A DNA stretch of 44,530 nucleotides from an uncultured Pseudomonadota bacterium (GTDB lineage Bacteria; Pseudomonadota; Alphaproteobacteria; Rs-D84). The first letter of the stretch is position 1, and the number at the start of each line of letters is the position of its first letter. Below, in pieces: positions 16,954 through 27,322 of the stretch. Location: the NCBI GenBank assembly GCA_902784285.1, contig CACZUL010000001.1:1-44530 (forward strand), written 5' to 3'. Made by a program: the position numbers and the translations under genes. A model generated the notes under the pieces. The model was not told the DNA's origin and did not search any database. It saw only the letters and a list, made by a program, of their open reading frames with translations.

Positions 16954-19050
16954 AACAATATAAGACACTGCAATACCCAATGCCAATGTTATTCCCAAGG
17001 CGGAAATTATCGAAAATCCGGTAAATGCCAATAAACCAAACCCAATAAAACTGGTCAAGAACGAATAAAACACCGGCCACATTTCGCCACCCGCCCCAGA
17101 ATTTATATGGAATATTGCATAATCTAAACCCAAACCAACCACGATAAAAAATCCCAACAAATGGAAAAATGTTATTGGCATACCTAAAACCGCCAAAACA
17201 CCAATGGTCGCCCCAACACCCAACAATGGTGGCACTAAATATTTAAACGCCTGTCCACGATACAAAATTATCAGCCCCACAAGTAAAATCATCCCACAAA
17301 CACACAAAAGCCAGTAAACTTCGTGGCTGTATTGTGTCATTTGCATCTGAATCTGTTTTGCCGGAACAATCAACCGGGCATTTTCATTTGAAACGACCGT
17401 ATCGGCGGATATAGAACTGACCGAATAAACGAAACCGTCCTTTTCCAATATAAAATTTTTAACCCAATCACCGAAAACATCGTCTTCTATATTCATTAAG
17501 CCGCCATCAACAAATTTTGGCACATTTTTAAGTTCCAATACTTTACGAATACGTTTAGATTCAGATTCATATAACTTTTTAATCAAATCCCGATTTTCCA
17601 ACTGACGTGCAAGCGATGGAACAACGGATGACGGGCCAAAGAAATTTACCCCGGAATCGCGAATACCCTCTTCTGTTTCCAAAACAGATTGAATGTTTTT
17701 GCCACGCACAACCAACAAACCGGTTTTATTTGATTTATTTAATTCGCCAATTATTCTTTCCGCAACGGCAAGTTTTTCTGTCGGTTTATAAAGTGCCGAC
17801 ATATTATTTTCAAATCGCGCAAAACAACAGGCAAACGCCATTATTACGACAAATATCGTCATTACCCATATCCGATATTTTTTATTTAATGGGTGCACAA
17901 ATTTCTGTTTTGTAGAATTTGCCCGACAAGACACAAATAAATTTATAAACACATAGATTGCCCCAAGACCAGCAATTGTAAACACGGCAATTTGACGCAA
18001 TAGTGAAACAGACGAAAATAACAGAGGCACAAAACAGATAACTGTCGTTAAAAAAGAATTCCATACATTTTTACGGACAAGCATCCTGTCCTTGTCATTT
18101 CCAATATTTATAAAGTGAAACGCATAATCTATACCCAATCCAATAAGCGATGTTCCAAACACAAAAACCAATATATGCGGTTCGCCAAAACATAAAAACA
18201 ACGCAATTGTTCCCGACAAATACCCAACCGCCAAACTTGTTATTATTGGTAACATAGTACCAATTCGCCGAAATAACATATAATTTAGAACAACAACCGC
18301 GATTATTGCCAAAATGGATATTATTCCCAATTCTATTTTACTGCGATTATACATTTCGGCAGTATGGACAGGTGCGCCCCCCATATATATTTGTACATTT
18401 TCAAATTTTTCAATTTTATCTGTTAATTTTTTTATTGCCTTGACCAAAGCATCATTATTTTGCACATTAACCCGTACCGGCAACATATAGAAATTATACG
18501 GTGCCTGATATTGCCAAAGTGCCCCATTTTGCGGGACCCAATTACTGTTATTATTCTTTGTCATTTCAAACAAATAATTTGTAAACAATAAAAACGGGTC
18601 TTGTCCCAACGGCAGCATATTCGGTGCCATTGAAGATTCCATCTTTAATCGGGCATTATTTGTTATATTGGTAAAATCGCCACTTTCCAACAATTTGCGG
18701 TCCGCCGCACCAATCATAACATTATGATATTTTCCAAATATCGAAACGAACTCGCGGGGGGAAAAATTATTTACCACGGGTTCAAATTCCAAAAATTCAT
18801 CAGAATTCAGCACATCTTGAATTTGTTTTGTGGCCATATCGCCGGCAAATCTGTCTTCTGACTGAATGACGATATTAACCACAGATGAAAAATTTTCTGT
18901 AATCGTCTGAATCGGCCAACCATCCACATTTTCAATATTCAGCAAAGATGTCAAATTTGTCTGAAAACGCATCGGCGACCGCACCAATGCAATCGCCCCC
19001 AACACGCCAAGTGCCACAATAAAAATTATACGTTTAACACGCGATTTCAT
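16930..19050 (-). CDS. MMPL/RND-superfamily exporter
   Basis: ~706 aa with two blocks of ~5-6 TM helices, each following a large soluble loop. This matches the predicted exporter of ape-type clusters. Confidence 0.8.
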   Translation of the reverse strand: MKSRVKRIIFIVALGVLGAIALVRSPMRFQTNLTSLLNIENVDGWPIQTITENFSSVVNIVIQSEDRFAGDMATKQIQDVLNSDEFLEFEPVVNNFSPREFVSIFGKYHNVMIGAADRKLLESGDFTNITNNARLKMESSMAPNMLPLGQDPFLLFTNYLFEMTKNNNSNWVPQNGALWQYQAPYNFYMLPVRVNVQNNDALVKAIKKLTDKIEKFENVQIYMGGAPVHTAEMYNRSKIELGIISILAIIAVVVLNYMLFRRIGTMLPIITSLAVGYLSGTIALFLCFGEPHILVFVFGTSLIGLGIDYAFHFINIGNDKDRMLVRKNVWNSFLTTVICFVPLLFSSVSLLRQIAVFTIAGLGAIYVFINLFVSCRANSTKQKFVHPLNKKYRIWVMTIFVVIMAFACCFARFENNMSALYKPTEKLAVAERIIGELNKSNKTGLLVVRGKNIQSVLETEEGIRDSGVNFFGPSSVVPSLARQLENRDLIKKLYESESKRIRKVLELKNVPKFVDGGLMNIEDDVFGDWVKNFILEKDGFVYSVSSISADTVVSNENARLIVPAKQIQMQMTQYSHEVYWLLCVCGMILLVGLIILYRGQAFKYLVPPLLGVGATIGVLAVLGMPITFFHLLGFFIVVGLGLDYAIFHINSGAGGEMWPVFYSFLTSFIGFGLLAFTGFSIISALGITLALGIAVSYIVSLYLFRN

Positions 19051-19618
19051 CACTTATTTCCGTATTCATGCGTTTAAAGTTTATAATAACCACTGTTCCA
19101 TTATTATATGTGATTATAATTTTATCTAAATCATCCGTAGTTCCATACATAACCACATCTTGAAGAATATCTGCGATTGCATCAAATCGCGGTCTGGCGG
19201 TTAATTGCCACGAATTTTTTCCATATTCAATATATTCAACCGCGAACACGGTCTGTAACCGTGAAATATCACCATTTAATACATCATCTATGATTTTTCG
19301 GACATAGGAAAAATATGGCAAAGAATTCAAATCTTGTGCCACCCCGTCAACACAGTATTTTTCTTTGGTTGAAACAAAAACTTGCTTTTTCGGTGTATCT
19401 TGCATCCAAATAAAGCCCTGATTTTTTGTGAACTTTACGCGCCCTGTTGCCACAAAGCGTTTGGTTGATTCAGGCAATAATTTAATTTGGTTAAATGATG
19501 CCGACACGGATTCCAGATTTTTACTAAAACGCCCCAATCTTTCCGGCATATCGGTAATTTGAGCCCCGTATGAAGTGCCAACAAATAAACAAAACACAAA
19601 TAAAAATATTTTTTTCAT
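19034..19618 (-). CDS. LolA-like outer-membrane lipoprotein carrier family protein
   Basis: Signal peptide MKKIFLFVFCLFVGTSYG|AQ. LolA-like F.Q...LP......G.V.F...GFIWMQDTPKKQVFVS pattern. ATGA coupling to the upstream thioesterase gene. Confidence 0.7.
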   Translation of the reverse strand: MKKIFLFVFCLFVGTSYGAQITDMPERLGRFSKNLESVSASFNQIKLLPESTKRFVATGRVKFTKNQGFIWMQDTPKKQVFVSTKEKYCVDGVAQDLNSLPYFSYVRKIIDDVLNGDISRLQTVFAVEYIEYGKNSWQLTARPRFDAIADILQDVVMYGTTDDLDKIIITYNNGTVVIINFKRMNTEISDEIAC

Positions 19619-20019
19619 TTTTCCCCTTCGAATATTGTTAAAAATGGTTCTGGCAATTGGAAATAACTTTCATGCGTTTTAAGGTTAACCGCCATCTGTT
19701 TTGTTTCGGCGACACATATTTTATCATGTGTTTCGGCATCAAACATCTGGTATTTAAACATCAAGAAATTCTCGTTCGGCACATGCTTGACCCTAACAAT
19801 TATTTTTTGTCCAAATACAGACGGTTTAATATACTTGACATTGATTGTAACAATCGGAAAAGCAAAGCCGATCCTTTCCATATCTGTATATGTCATGGCA
19901 CAATCCGCCAACAGCGCACAACGCGCCCTTTCCATATATTTGACATAGTTTCCGTGCCACACAACCTGCATCGGATCTAAATCATAAAAAGGCACAGTTA
20001 TTTCAATTTCTTTTTCCAT
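19615..20019 (-). CDS. 4HBT/YbgC-type acyl-CoA or acyl-ACP thioesterase
   Basis: Hot-dog thioesterase signature VPFYDLDPMQVVWHGNYVKYME. I prefer the ATG at 20019. Confidence 0.75.
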   Translation of the reverse strand: MEKEIEITVPFYDLDPMQVVWHGNYVKYMERARCALLADCAMTYTDMERIGFAFPIVTINVKYIKPSVFGQKIIVRVKHVPNENFLMFKYQMFDAETHDKICVAETKQMAVNLKTHESYFQLPEPFLTIFEGEK

Positions 20020-20740
20020 GGTGAAAAATCCTTTTAACCATTCCAAATGGCATTATTACACACAAATATGTGTGCAGCAAGGCGATGTATAAATTATCCC
20101 GCAACATCCTGAAATTAGACCGACCATTTGGCGGATATATAACCCGTGTTGATTGTTGGATTATTTTAAGTCCCCGCCAATACAGTTTCACCAAAATTTC
20201 TATATCAAACCCCATGCGATAGAACAGCAAATGTCTCATTTCATCGCATGTTTCCTTCAATGGGTACACACGCATCCCGCACATGGCATCAGGCATATTT
20301 AAGTTACATGTCTCGATTGCCACCCAAAAATCGGTTATTTTGCGACCCACCCGACGTGCGCGTGGGGCACTTGCATCATACACGGGATTTCCAACAATTA
20401 AACAATTTGGATTATCACGCGACAACCCAAGAAAAACATCTATATCAGAAACATCATGTTGACCATCGGCATCTATTTGCAAGGCATGCGTAAAACCGCG
20501 ATTCATTGCCACATCAAAACCGATTTTCATCGCCCAACCTTTGCCACGATTTGGCGAAGCCCCAACGTATTCAAAATTATGTTCCGCGCATATTTCTTTT
20601 AATTTGCGTGATTGGGATGATACACTGCCATCATCTATCACTATGACCGGCAATTCAACGCCCGCCAAACGAACGGCGAAATTCCGAAATTCATCAGAAT
20701 GATTATAGCACGGAACAATTATAACCGGTTTAAACATCAT
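20003..20740 (-). CDS. Family 2 glycosyltransferase
   Basis: VIIVPCYNHSDEF...VIVIDDGS...QIDADGQH (GT-A DxD-type motifs). The start ATGATG overlaps the upstream stop. Confidence 0.8.
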   Translation of the reverse strand: MMFKPVIIVPCYNHSDEFRNFAVRLAGVELPVIVIDDGSVSSQSRKLKEICAEHNFEYVGASPNRGKGWAMKIGFDVAMNRGFTHALQIDADGQHDVSDIDVFLGLSRDNPNCLIVGNPVYDASAPRARRVGRKITDFWVAIETCNLNMPDAMCGMRVYPLKETCDEMRHLLFYRMGFDIEILVKLYWRGLKIIQQSTRVIYPPNGRSNFRMLRDNLYIALLHTYLCVIMPFGMVKRIFHHGKRN

Positions 20741-22437
20741 TGCCGCTCCTTGATAACAATTTTTCCGGCCGAACAAACTTTACCTTTTTGAGAATAACAA
20801 AAACTAAATTCATTCGGCCCAAGGCGCATCAACTCAAAATGCGTTGTTACATCAGGTAAAATCAGCGAAGAATACTTTAATTTTACAACTTCAAACCCGT
20901 TTACCGATGTATTAAAGAAATGCTTTAAATACACAAACACAAAATGCATCTGAATTACACCAGGCAATATCGGAAAATTCGGAAAATGCCCGACAAAATA
21001 CGCGCTGTCTCCCAAAAATGTTAGATCCGCACTTAAATTAGAATCTGTTTTTTTAACGTGTTGCATCATCGGTTCAACAACAGACGAATTTAGCATCGAC
21101 AAAATTTCATTTTTAACAAATTTGCCCTGGGTATTGGTTGGAATTTGATGAACAAACCTGATAAATTTAGGCAACGCGACCGCCTGGAAAAAACCAGACA
21201 AGTATTTTTTTATTTCACCAACCAAAGCACGTCGTCCAATTTCTATAATTTTTTCGGTCCCAATATCGCTTAATTCTAACATGCAACCCACAGAATCACG
21301 AATACCCTTGCGAACAACAGCACAATAGGCACGCGCAATATATGGATGCAATTCTAATTGCCGTTCCATGTCTGGCAAAGAAATCCGCTCTTCGGCAATT
21401 TTAACAATTCTGTCTGCGCGCCCAATCAATTCAAACCTGCGACCATCCAACATTTTGACCGCATCAGACATCAAATACGGATTGTCAAAACAATAAGGCG
21501 AATTTATAAGCAAACAATCATTTTGAATCGACACATTAACCGTTTCAAATATGGTCCAATTAGTATCGAATTTTTGTTGTCTAAATGCGATGCCACCGGT
21601 TTCAGTGCTTCCAAAAACTTCAAACGGAGACACACCAAAAATTTCATACGCAGATTCAGATGTCTTGGTGCTTAACAAACTGCCTGATGTAACTATACCG
21701 ATACAATTTGCCGCAAATTTATATTGTTCTCCGTACCGTGTTATCCCATCCAAAAACGATGGTGTCGTTATGAACAATATGTTTTGATAGTTAGATTGTT
21801 TTTGCAACAATTCTTCGGGCGAAAAAATAATATCTGTATCAACCGCCAATCCACTAAAAATCGGGAATAAAACCCGCCATAAAACCCCGTACATATGATG
21901 TGGGGCAATAGAAGCAACAACAACCGGCAATTTGGCAATTTTATCTGAATGATGTGCGATATGATATTCGACTTCGGATACCAACATTGTAAGTGTCTTT
22001 TTTATGCGCTTTGGCACACCTGTGGACCCCGATGTAAAGAAATAAATTATCGCCTTGTCTGAATTTATAAACGTCCAATTTATCGGTGTTTCTGGGGCAT
22101 CTGGGGCGACACAAATAAAACCTGGAAAAACGCCCATTACATCAGAAACGATAACATTACTTAAATCTGCGTACATGGATGCGTTTTGCGGTGTTAACAT
22201 CGCCGGTAATGCCACCGCTTTATTGGCCTGAACCAAGGCGAAAAAACACACACAGAATAAATAAAAATTATTTGGAATATAAAGTATGACCGTATCCGAA
22301 TCTATCTTGGTAAAATATTGTGCAAATCGGCCAACATCGGAAATAAATTTTTTCCAAGAAATATCGCCACCCGCGCCACAAAACAATGGTTTGGAATCTT
22401 GTTCATGCGCCATAAAAAGTTCAATTATTTTTTTCAT
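20737..22437 (-). CDS. Adenylate-forming enzyme (acyl/aryl-ACP ligase) fused to a C-terminal FabA/FabZ-like hot-dog dehydratase
   Basis: AMP-binding motif FFTSGSTGVPKRIKKT. The C-terminal ~120 aa carry FVGHFPNFPILPGV (dehydratase His motif). 566 aa. Confidence 0.85.
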   Translation of the reverse strand: MKKIIELFMAHEQDSKPLFCGAGGDISWKKFISDVGRFAQYFTKIDSDTVILYIPNNFYLFCVCFFALVQANKAVALPAMLTPQNASMYADLSNVIVSDVMGVFPGFICVAPDAPETPINWTFINSDKAIIYFFTSGSTGVPKRIKKTLTMLVSEVEYHIAHHSDKIAKLPVVVASIAPHHMYGVLWRVLFPIFSGLAVDTDIIFSPEELLQKQSNYQNILFITTPSFLDGITRYGEQYKFAANCIGIVTSGSLLSTKTSESAYEIFGVSPFEVFGSTETGGIAFRQQKFDTNWTIFETVNVSIQNDCLLINSPYCFDNPYLMSDAVKMLDGRRFELIGRADRIVKIAEERISLPDMERQLELHPYIARAYCAVVRKGIRDSVGCMLELSDIGTEKIIEIGRRALVGEIKKYLSGFFQAVALPKFIRFVHQIPTNTQGKFVKNEILSMLNSSVVEPMMQHVKKTDSNLSADLTFLGDSAYFVGHFPNFPILPGVIQMHFVFVYLKHFFNTSVNGFEVVKLKYSSLILPDVTTHFELMRLGPNEFSFCYSQKGKVCSAGKIVIKERQ

Positions 22438-22978
22438 TTCTGCGCGCCCTTACATGAATAATATATTCCACCAGTATCATTAAACCAATCAAACAATACG
22501 AAATCAGCCCATTGTAAACCGTCCACACCAAATCAGACATAAACACCGTTGCCAAAGAAATCAAAGTATTTATTGCTAAAAATATTACCCAAGCAATTGT
22601 CGCCATACGCGCGTGCTTAATTACCTTTGGTGTCATTTCATAGCGCATTTTTTGGATAAATTGCTGAATCAGGGGTGTTCCACGCAAAGACACCGCAAAA
22701 ACCGCGCCAACACCTGCATTCATAAACACCGGGTAAAGTTTCAAAAATATATCTTGATTAGAAATAAGAGACAAAACCGCCAACAATATTCCGCAAATTC
22801 CGACCCATAAAATTTTGCTTTTGGCCATACCAATCAAAACGATGCAAATTAAAACAATTCCCATCATTCGGACAGAAAAGCCGCACTGCAACGCGACAAA
22901 CACCGCAATCGGATACGCAACCGCAGCCAACAACCCCAATATTTTAAGCGGCCGTATTAACAATTTTTTCAATTGCAT
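22421..22978 (-). CDS. Integral membrane protein (position equivalent to ApeG)
   Basis: 185 aa with ~5 TM helices. No catalytic motif recognised. Confidence 0.6.
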   Translation of the reverse strand: MQLKKLLIRPLKILGLLAAVAYPIAVFVALQCGFSVRMMGIVLICIVLIGMAKSKILWVGICGILLAVLSLISNQDIFLKLYPVFMNAGVGAVFAVSLRGTPLIQQFIQKMRYEMTPKVIKHARMATIAWVIFLAINTLISLATVFMSDLVWTVYNGLISYCLIGLMILVEYIIHVRARRNEKNN

Positions 22979-23198
22979 CTACGACATCCTGTAATGTGGA
23001 AATTTGTTTAAAATCTTCGGGTTTTACCCGAACCTTGATAATTTTTTGCAAACGCACAACCAAATCAACAGCATCTATACTGTCTAAATCCAAATCTTCA
23101 CCCAAACGCGCATCAGGTTTAACAATTTCAGGTTTGCAATCAAAATCTTTAATTAAAATCTCAGAAACCTGTTTAAAAATTTCTTCTTTTGTATACAT
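22944..23198 (-). CDS. Acyl carrier protein
   Basis: 84 aa. LDLDSIDAVDLV (phosphopantetheine Ser motif). Confidence 0.8.
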   Translation of the reverse strand: MYTKEEIFKQVSEILIKDFDCKPEIVKPDARLGEDLDLDSIDAVDLVVRLQKIIKVRVKPEDFKQISTLQDVVDAIEKIVNTAA

Positions 23199-23204
23199 AG
23201 TAAA

Positions 23205-23480
23205 TTACTCCAAATTCATACCATTTGTTTTTGCGATGTATTCCGCCAAAGTTGCGACAGATTTAAAATATGCCTTGTTGGCCTCTTTATCGGCACTGAA
23301 AGTAACACCATAACGTTTTTTTATTGCCATACCTAATTCTAATGCATCTATGGAATCAAGTCCCAATCCTTCACCAAACAATGGCGCATCTGTAACGATA
23401 TCCGTTGCTGTAACATCTTCTAAATCCAACGCCGAAACAATTAATTCTTTGATTTCAGATTCAAGTTCTGTTCTTTTCAT
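23205..23480 (-). CDS. Acyl carrier protein
   Basis: 91 aa. GLGLDSIDALELGMAI motif. Confidence 0.85.
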   Translation of the reverse strand: MKRTELESEIKELIVSALDLEDVTATDIVTDAPLFGEGLGLDSIDALELGMAIKKRYGVTFSADKEANKAYFKSVATLAEYIAKTNGMNLE

Positions 23481-23548
23481 AGTATTATATTCCTAACTTT
23501 CAATTAACAACGGCAAGAATAAAAGACTTTACTTACGATGTCAAGAAT

Positions 23549-24289
23549 TTATGGCTTAAACATCGCATCTGATGCCAAATTTGTTACATAAATAGCCTTG
23601 TCGCGCGATGACTTTCCTTCAATATTTTGAACATTTATTTCATCTTTCAATTTCAAGGTATACACCGACACCTTGTTGCCAATATCATACCACTTTTGCT
23701 TTTTACCCAAAATTGGTGGATTGTTTTCAATATGTATCGGCAAAATCGGTTTTCCCGAACTTATATGCAAATATGCGAAACCACGATGCAATCTTATTCT
23801 GCGCCCCGCCACAGTCCGCGTTCCTTCGGGGAACACAACGATATTATAACCGGCATTTAAGAATTCACTCCCGCGCGAAATAAACTCTTCCGCGCTCATA
23901 TCGTTTGACAAATAAATATGGCGTATAACTTTTTTTACGAATACATTATGAAATAAACTTTCTTTAACAACACATACGCATTTTGGAATCAAGGCTATTA
24001 AAATCACAACATCTATTAGGGATGGATGATTTGCTATAATTATTCGGTCACTAATTTTCTTTAATTTTTCTCTATCACATTTAATGGATATAAGTCGCAT
24101 TTTAATCATAAGCCACACAAAAAAACGCCAAGACACATGAATAGATTTTGATAAAATCCGCCTGCGCGCCGACCAATCACGATAAATAATTAACATTATA
24201 GGGAAAACTATACCCCCAAGCCCAAGCGCCCCTGCACCAAAAATAAAAAAACACAACATACACAGAAAACTGCGAATTATGCGCTTCAT
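23549..24289 (-). CDS. PlsC-type 1-acyl-sn-glycerol-3-phosphate acyltransferase family protein
   Basis: ANHPSLIDV (HX4D-type motif) and FPEGTRT motif. N-terminal TM helix. The ATG at 24289 overlaps the upstream TGA. Confidence 0.8.
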   Translation of the reverse strand: MKRIIRSFLCMLCFFIFGAGALGLGGIVFPIMLIIYRDWSARRRILSKSIHVSWRFFVWLMIKMRLISIKCDREKLKKISDRIIIANHPSLIDVVILIALIPKCVCVVKESLFHNVFVKKVIRHIYLSNDMSAEEFISRGSEFLNAGYNIVVFPEGTRTVAGRRIRLHRGFAYLHISSGKPILPIHIENNPPILGKKQKWYDIGNKVSVYTLKLKDEINVQNIEGKSSRDKAIYVTNLASDAMFKP

Positions 24290-24915
24290 TTTTCTTCCAT
24301 TTTCCAACAAGAATTTTCTATTTTTTTATCACCACACAAAAAACGTTCTAATGCTTCAAATGTCAAAGGCGAACTTTCTTTTGATTGTGGTTCCCATTGT
24401 ATTTTTCTTTTTCCATCACTTGATAGCATAAATGCCAAGCCATGCGCATGCACCGGCGCATTCAAGAAAGGAATATACATATCGGGGGACCGTTCTTCAA
24501 CGAACACAAATAAAACAGGTTTTTTTGTTGTTAATGCCGCCAAAATTCCAGACTCTAATGTTCGCGCACCGGCGGCCACAGATATATATGAATTTTTATT
24601 TTTCATCATAACCGAAAACGCACCCGCCGCCGCGTTGTGAACCGAATTACTGAACCCTGCCGGCGACATTTCACCTTCATCATGAAATTGCTGAATAAGT
24701 TTTATTGTTTGCCGCCATTCGCCATATCTGGATGCAAATACCATTTGATAATCGGAATTTTCCGGCACAACTAAATGTGCGATTCCAACCGCAATTTTTT
24801 CAATATCTGTCATACGGCGACGCGTCATTGACGGCACAAAAGAAACATCTGGCAAACTTTCGCTGTCAGATTCACGCCACACATAAAATTTATCCAGGCC
24901 AATTATATTATTCAT
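24286..24915 (-). CDS. Ketosynthase-like protein lacking the active-site Cys (chain-length-factor-like)
   Basis: ~209 aa from MNNIIGL. The SPAGFSNSVHNAAAGAFSV region is KS-like but has no C-H-H triad. This is typical of the small KS partner in ape clusters. Confidence 0.65.
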   Translation of the reverse strand: MNNIIGLDKFYVWRESDSESLPDVSFVPSMTRRRMTDIEKIAVGIAHLVVPENSDYQMVFASRYGEWRQTIKLIQQFHDEGEMSPAGFSNSVHNAAAGAFSVMMKNKNSYISVAAGARTLESGILAALTTKKPVLFVFVEERSPDMYIPFLNAPVHAHGLAFMLSSDGKRKIQWEPQSKESSPLTFEALERFLCGDKKIENSCWKMEEK

Positions 24916-24916
24916 A

Positions 24917-24983
24917 CTTGCAAAAAAAGATTGTTTATACAATACTTAGCGCGAGTATACAAGGAACAAAATCCTTTTGCAAG
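24917..24983. promoter_or_regulatory. Palindromic divergent promoter region
   Basis: The plus strand has TTGCAA (24918-23), a 17-nt spacer, then AATACT (24941-46). The minus strand has TTGCAA (24982-77), a 17-nt spacer, then TATACT (24959-54). The two 30-nt arms are reverse complements at 21/30 positions. Confidence 0.45.
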
Positions 24984-24995
24984 CAGGTTTTAGGT

Positions 24996-26132
24996 ATGAG
25001 CATTATTTTAAGCGATCTTGGATTTGTCTGTGCACTTGGCCCATCACATGCCGATATAATTGCACACGCAAAAATGGGCGACACAACTGGCATGTTTGGG
25101 GGCGATGTGCGCATCGGGAACACGACTGTTCCATTTGGTTCAATACCAATCAAGACAACACACTCAATGCGATTTTATGATTTGACATTGGCCGCGGTGG
25201 CGCAAATTATGCCGTCAATTGAACAATTAAAATCTGAATTTTCCCCTGCCCGTCTTGGCATAGTCATAGGGGCCAGCAACACCGCCGTTCACGAGGCACA
25301 AAAACACATTTCGCAGAAATTATCAAATGGCATAATGCCCCAAGAATTTTCGATATCCATGTTGGAACTTGGCACGCCCGCCGAATTGCTGCGCGAATTT
25401 ATCGGCACAACCGGACCGGCATTTACGATTTCCACGGCTTGTTCATCCAGTATCAAGGCAATAGACACTGCGCGCGATTTAATTGAAAACAATGTGTGTG
25501 ATGCAGTAATGTGCGGTGGTGTAGATGCGCGATGTGATTTTGCCCTTAATGGTTTTAATGCCCTAGAGGCACTTTCCCACAAATTGACTAATCCCATGTC
25601 CCAAAATCGCGATGGTATAAACCTTGGAGAATGCGCGGCACTGTTCATTATGAAACGTGGCGAAAACGGTATACGGGTTATGGGGTGTGGCGAAACATCC
25701 GATGCGTATCATCCAACCGCCCCAGACCCAACGGGCGCGGGCGCAATAGAATCTATGCGCACTGCAATTGCGGATGCAAAAATCACCGCAAACGATATAG
25801 ATTACATAAACATGCATGGAACTGGCACCATCGCAAATGACGCAATGGAATCCAAGGCGATTTTCAATATCTTTGGCAATCGTCCAATTTGTGCCTCAAC
25901 CAAACCGTTGACTGGACATTGTCTGGGTGCGGCGGGCGCGTGTTCGGTGGCACTGTCATGGCTTATGCTTAAATATAATTTTATAATTCCGCATATTTAT
26001 GATGGTAAATTTGCCACAGATTGCGCCCATCTGCGTTTGGCAACCAAAAACGATTCAACGCAAATAAACACAATTTTATGTAATGCCTTTGCCTTTGGGG
26101 GCAGCAATTCAACAATAATAATCGGACGATAA
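24996..26132 (+). CDS. Beta-ketoacyl-ACP synthase
   Basis: Active-site Cys (ISTACSSS), HGTGT and GHCLGAAG motifs. ATG at 24996. Confidence 0.85.
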   Translation: MSIILSDLGFVCALGPSHADIIAHAKMGDTTGMFGGDVRIGNTTVPFGSIPIKTTHSMRFYDLTLAAVAQIMPSIEQLKSEFSPARLGIVIGASNTAVHEAQKHISQKLSNGIMPQEFSISMLELGTPAELLREFIGTTGPAFTISTACSSSIKAIDTARDLIENNVCDAVMCGGVDARCDFALNGFNALEALSHKLTNPMSQNRDGINLGECAALFIMKRGENGIRVMGCGETSDAYHPTAPDPTGAGAIESMRTAIADAKITANDIDYINMHGTGTIANDAMESKAIFNIFGNRPICASTKPLTGHCLGAAGACSVALSWLMLKYNFIIPHIYDGKFATDCAHLRLATKNDSTQINTILCNAFAFGGSNSTIIIGR

Positions 26133-26133
26133 C

Positions 26134-26604
26134 ATGCAAAAATATAATATTTCAGATTTATTACCCCACCGCCCACCGATGCAGTTAATTACGGACATAG
26201 AATCTGTGGATTTTGACGCCCAAAAATTGGTTGCCCGTGTTGATATAACAACCGATGATTTAATGTACGATGAAAATATCGGCGGTGTCCCATCGTGGAT
26301 ATCATTGGAATACATGGCCCAGGCAATCGGTTGCTTTATTGGTGCCGCCGACCGCGCCAAAGACCCAAATTCGGTTCCAGGGGTTGGGTTTGTATTGGGT
26401 TCGCGCAGACTTTCCGTTAATATTCCTGCATATATCGCGGGGCAAAGTTATTTTGTTCATGTTTCTGGGCTATTCTGTGATAAAAACATTGCAAATTTTG
26501 ACTGTGAAATATACAATTCGGAAAACAATCCTGTTGCATCTGGGGCAATAAATGTATTCCGCCCAGACGACATTCAACAATTTATGGACGAACGCGATGA
26601 ATAA
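26134..26604 (+). CDS. Hot-dog fold 3-hydroxyacyl-ACP dehydratase (ape-type)
   Basis: The LLPHRPPMQLI N-terminus and the SLEYMAQAIG motif are typical of cluster-associated dehydratases. Confidence 0.7.
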   Translation: MQKYNISDLLPHRPPMQLITDIESVDFDAQKLVARVDITTDDLMYDENIGGVPSWISLEYMAQAIGCFIGAADRAKDPNSVPGVGFVLGSRRLSVNIPAYIAGQSYFVHVSGLFCDKNIANFDCEIYNSENNPVASGAINVFRPDDIQQFMDERDE

Positions 26605-27322
26605 AAGAATTCTTATTACCGGGGCAAGTCGTGGCATAGGTCGTGCAATTGCCTTATACCTTGCGCCATTGGGATACGATTTGGTGTTACACTATAATAA
26701 AAACTCTGCGGCCGCGGAACAAACACTAAAAGATGTTATATCGGCTGGTGGACACGGAAAGATTATTTCTTTTGACATATCAAATCGCAATGAAACAGCA
26801 GAGGCAATAACCGCCGACATAAATGAAAATGGTGCCTATTACGGGGTGGTATGCAATGCGGGGATTAACGCGGATGCTCCTTTCCCGGCAATGGATGGCG
26901 ATATGTGGGACCGGGTTATTCACACGAACCTGGATGGGGCATACAATACATTACAACCATGTATTATGCCGATGATATCTGCGCGTGCACCGGGACGCAT
27001 AATTGTAATATCTTCTATATCGGGAATTATTGGCAACCGGGGCCAGGCAAACTATGCCGCATCCAAGGCGGGAATTATTGGATTGGTAAAATCTTTGGCC
27101 CCCGAATTGGCGCGCCGCAATATAACGGTCAATGCGGTTGCACCGGGCGTTATAGAAACAGATATGACGACCGATTTACCGGCAGATATGGTTCGTGATG
27201 CAATTCCAATGCGCCGTTTCGGCAAACCGCACGAAGTGGCCAGTTTGGTCGCGTACCTGATGTCTGATGACGCATCGTATATCACTCGCCAGGTTATTTC
27301 TGTAAATGGGGGGATGGTATAA
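26597..27322 (+). CDS. fabG: 3-oxoacyl-ACP reductase (SDR)
   Basis: ILITGASRGIGRAIA (TGxxxGIG), NAG, and S...YAASK catalytic motifs. ATG at 26597. Confidence 0.9.
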   Translation: MNKRILITGASRGIGRAIALYLAPLGYDLVLHYNKNSAAAEQTLKDVISAGGHGKIISFDISNRNETAEAITADINENGAYYGVVCNAGINADAPFPAMDGDMWDRVIHTNLDGAYNTLQPCIMPMISARAPGRIIVISSISGIIGNRGQANYAASKAGIIGLVKSLAPELARRNITVNAVAPGVIETDMTTDLPADMVRDAIPMRRFGKPHEVASLVAYLMSDDASYITRQVISVNGGMV

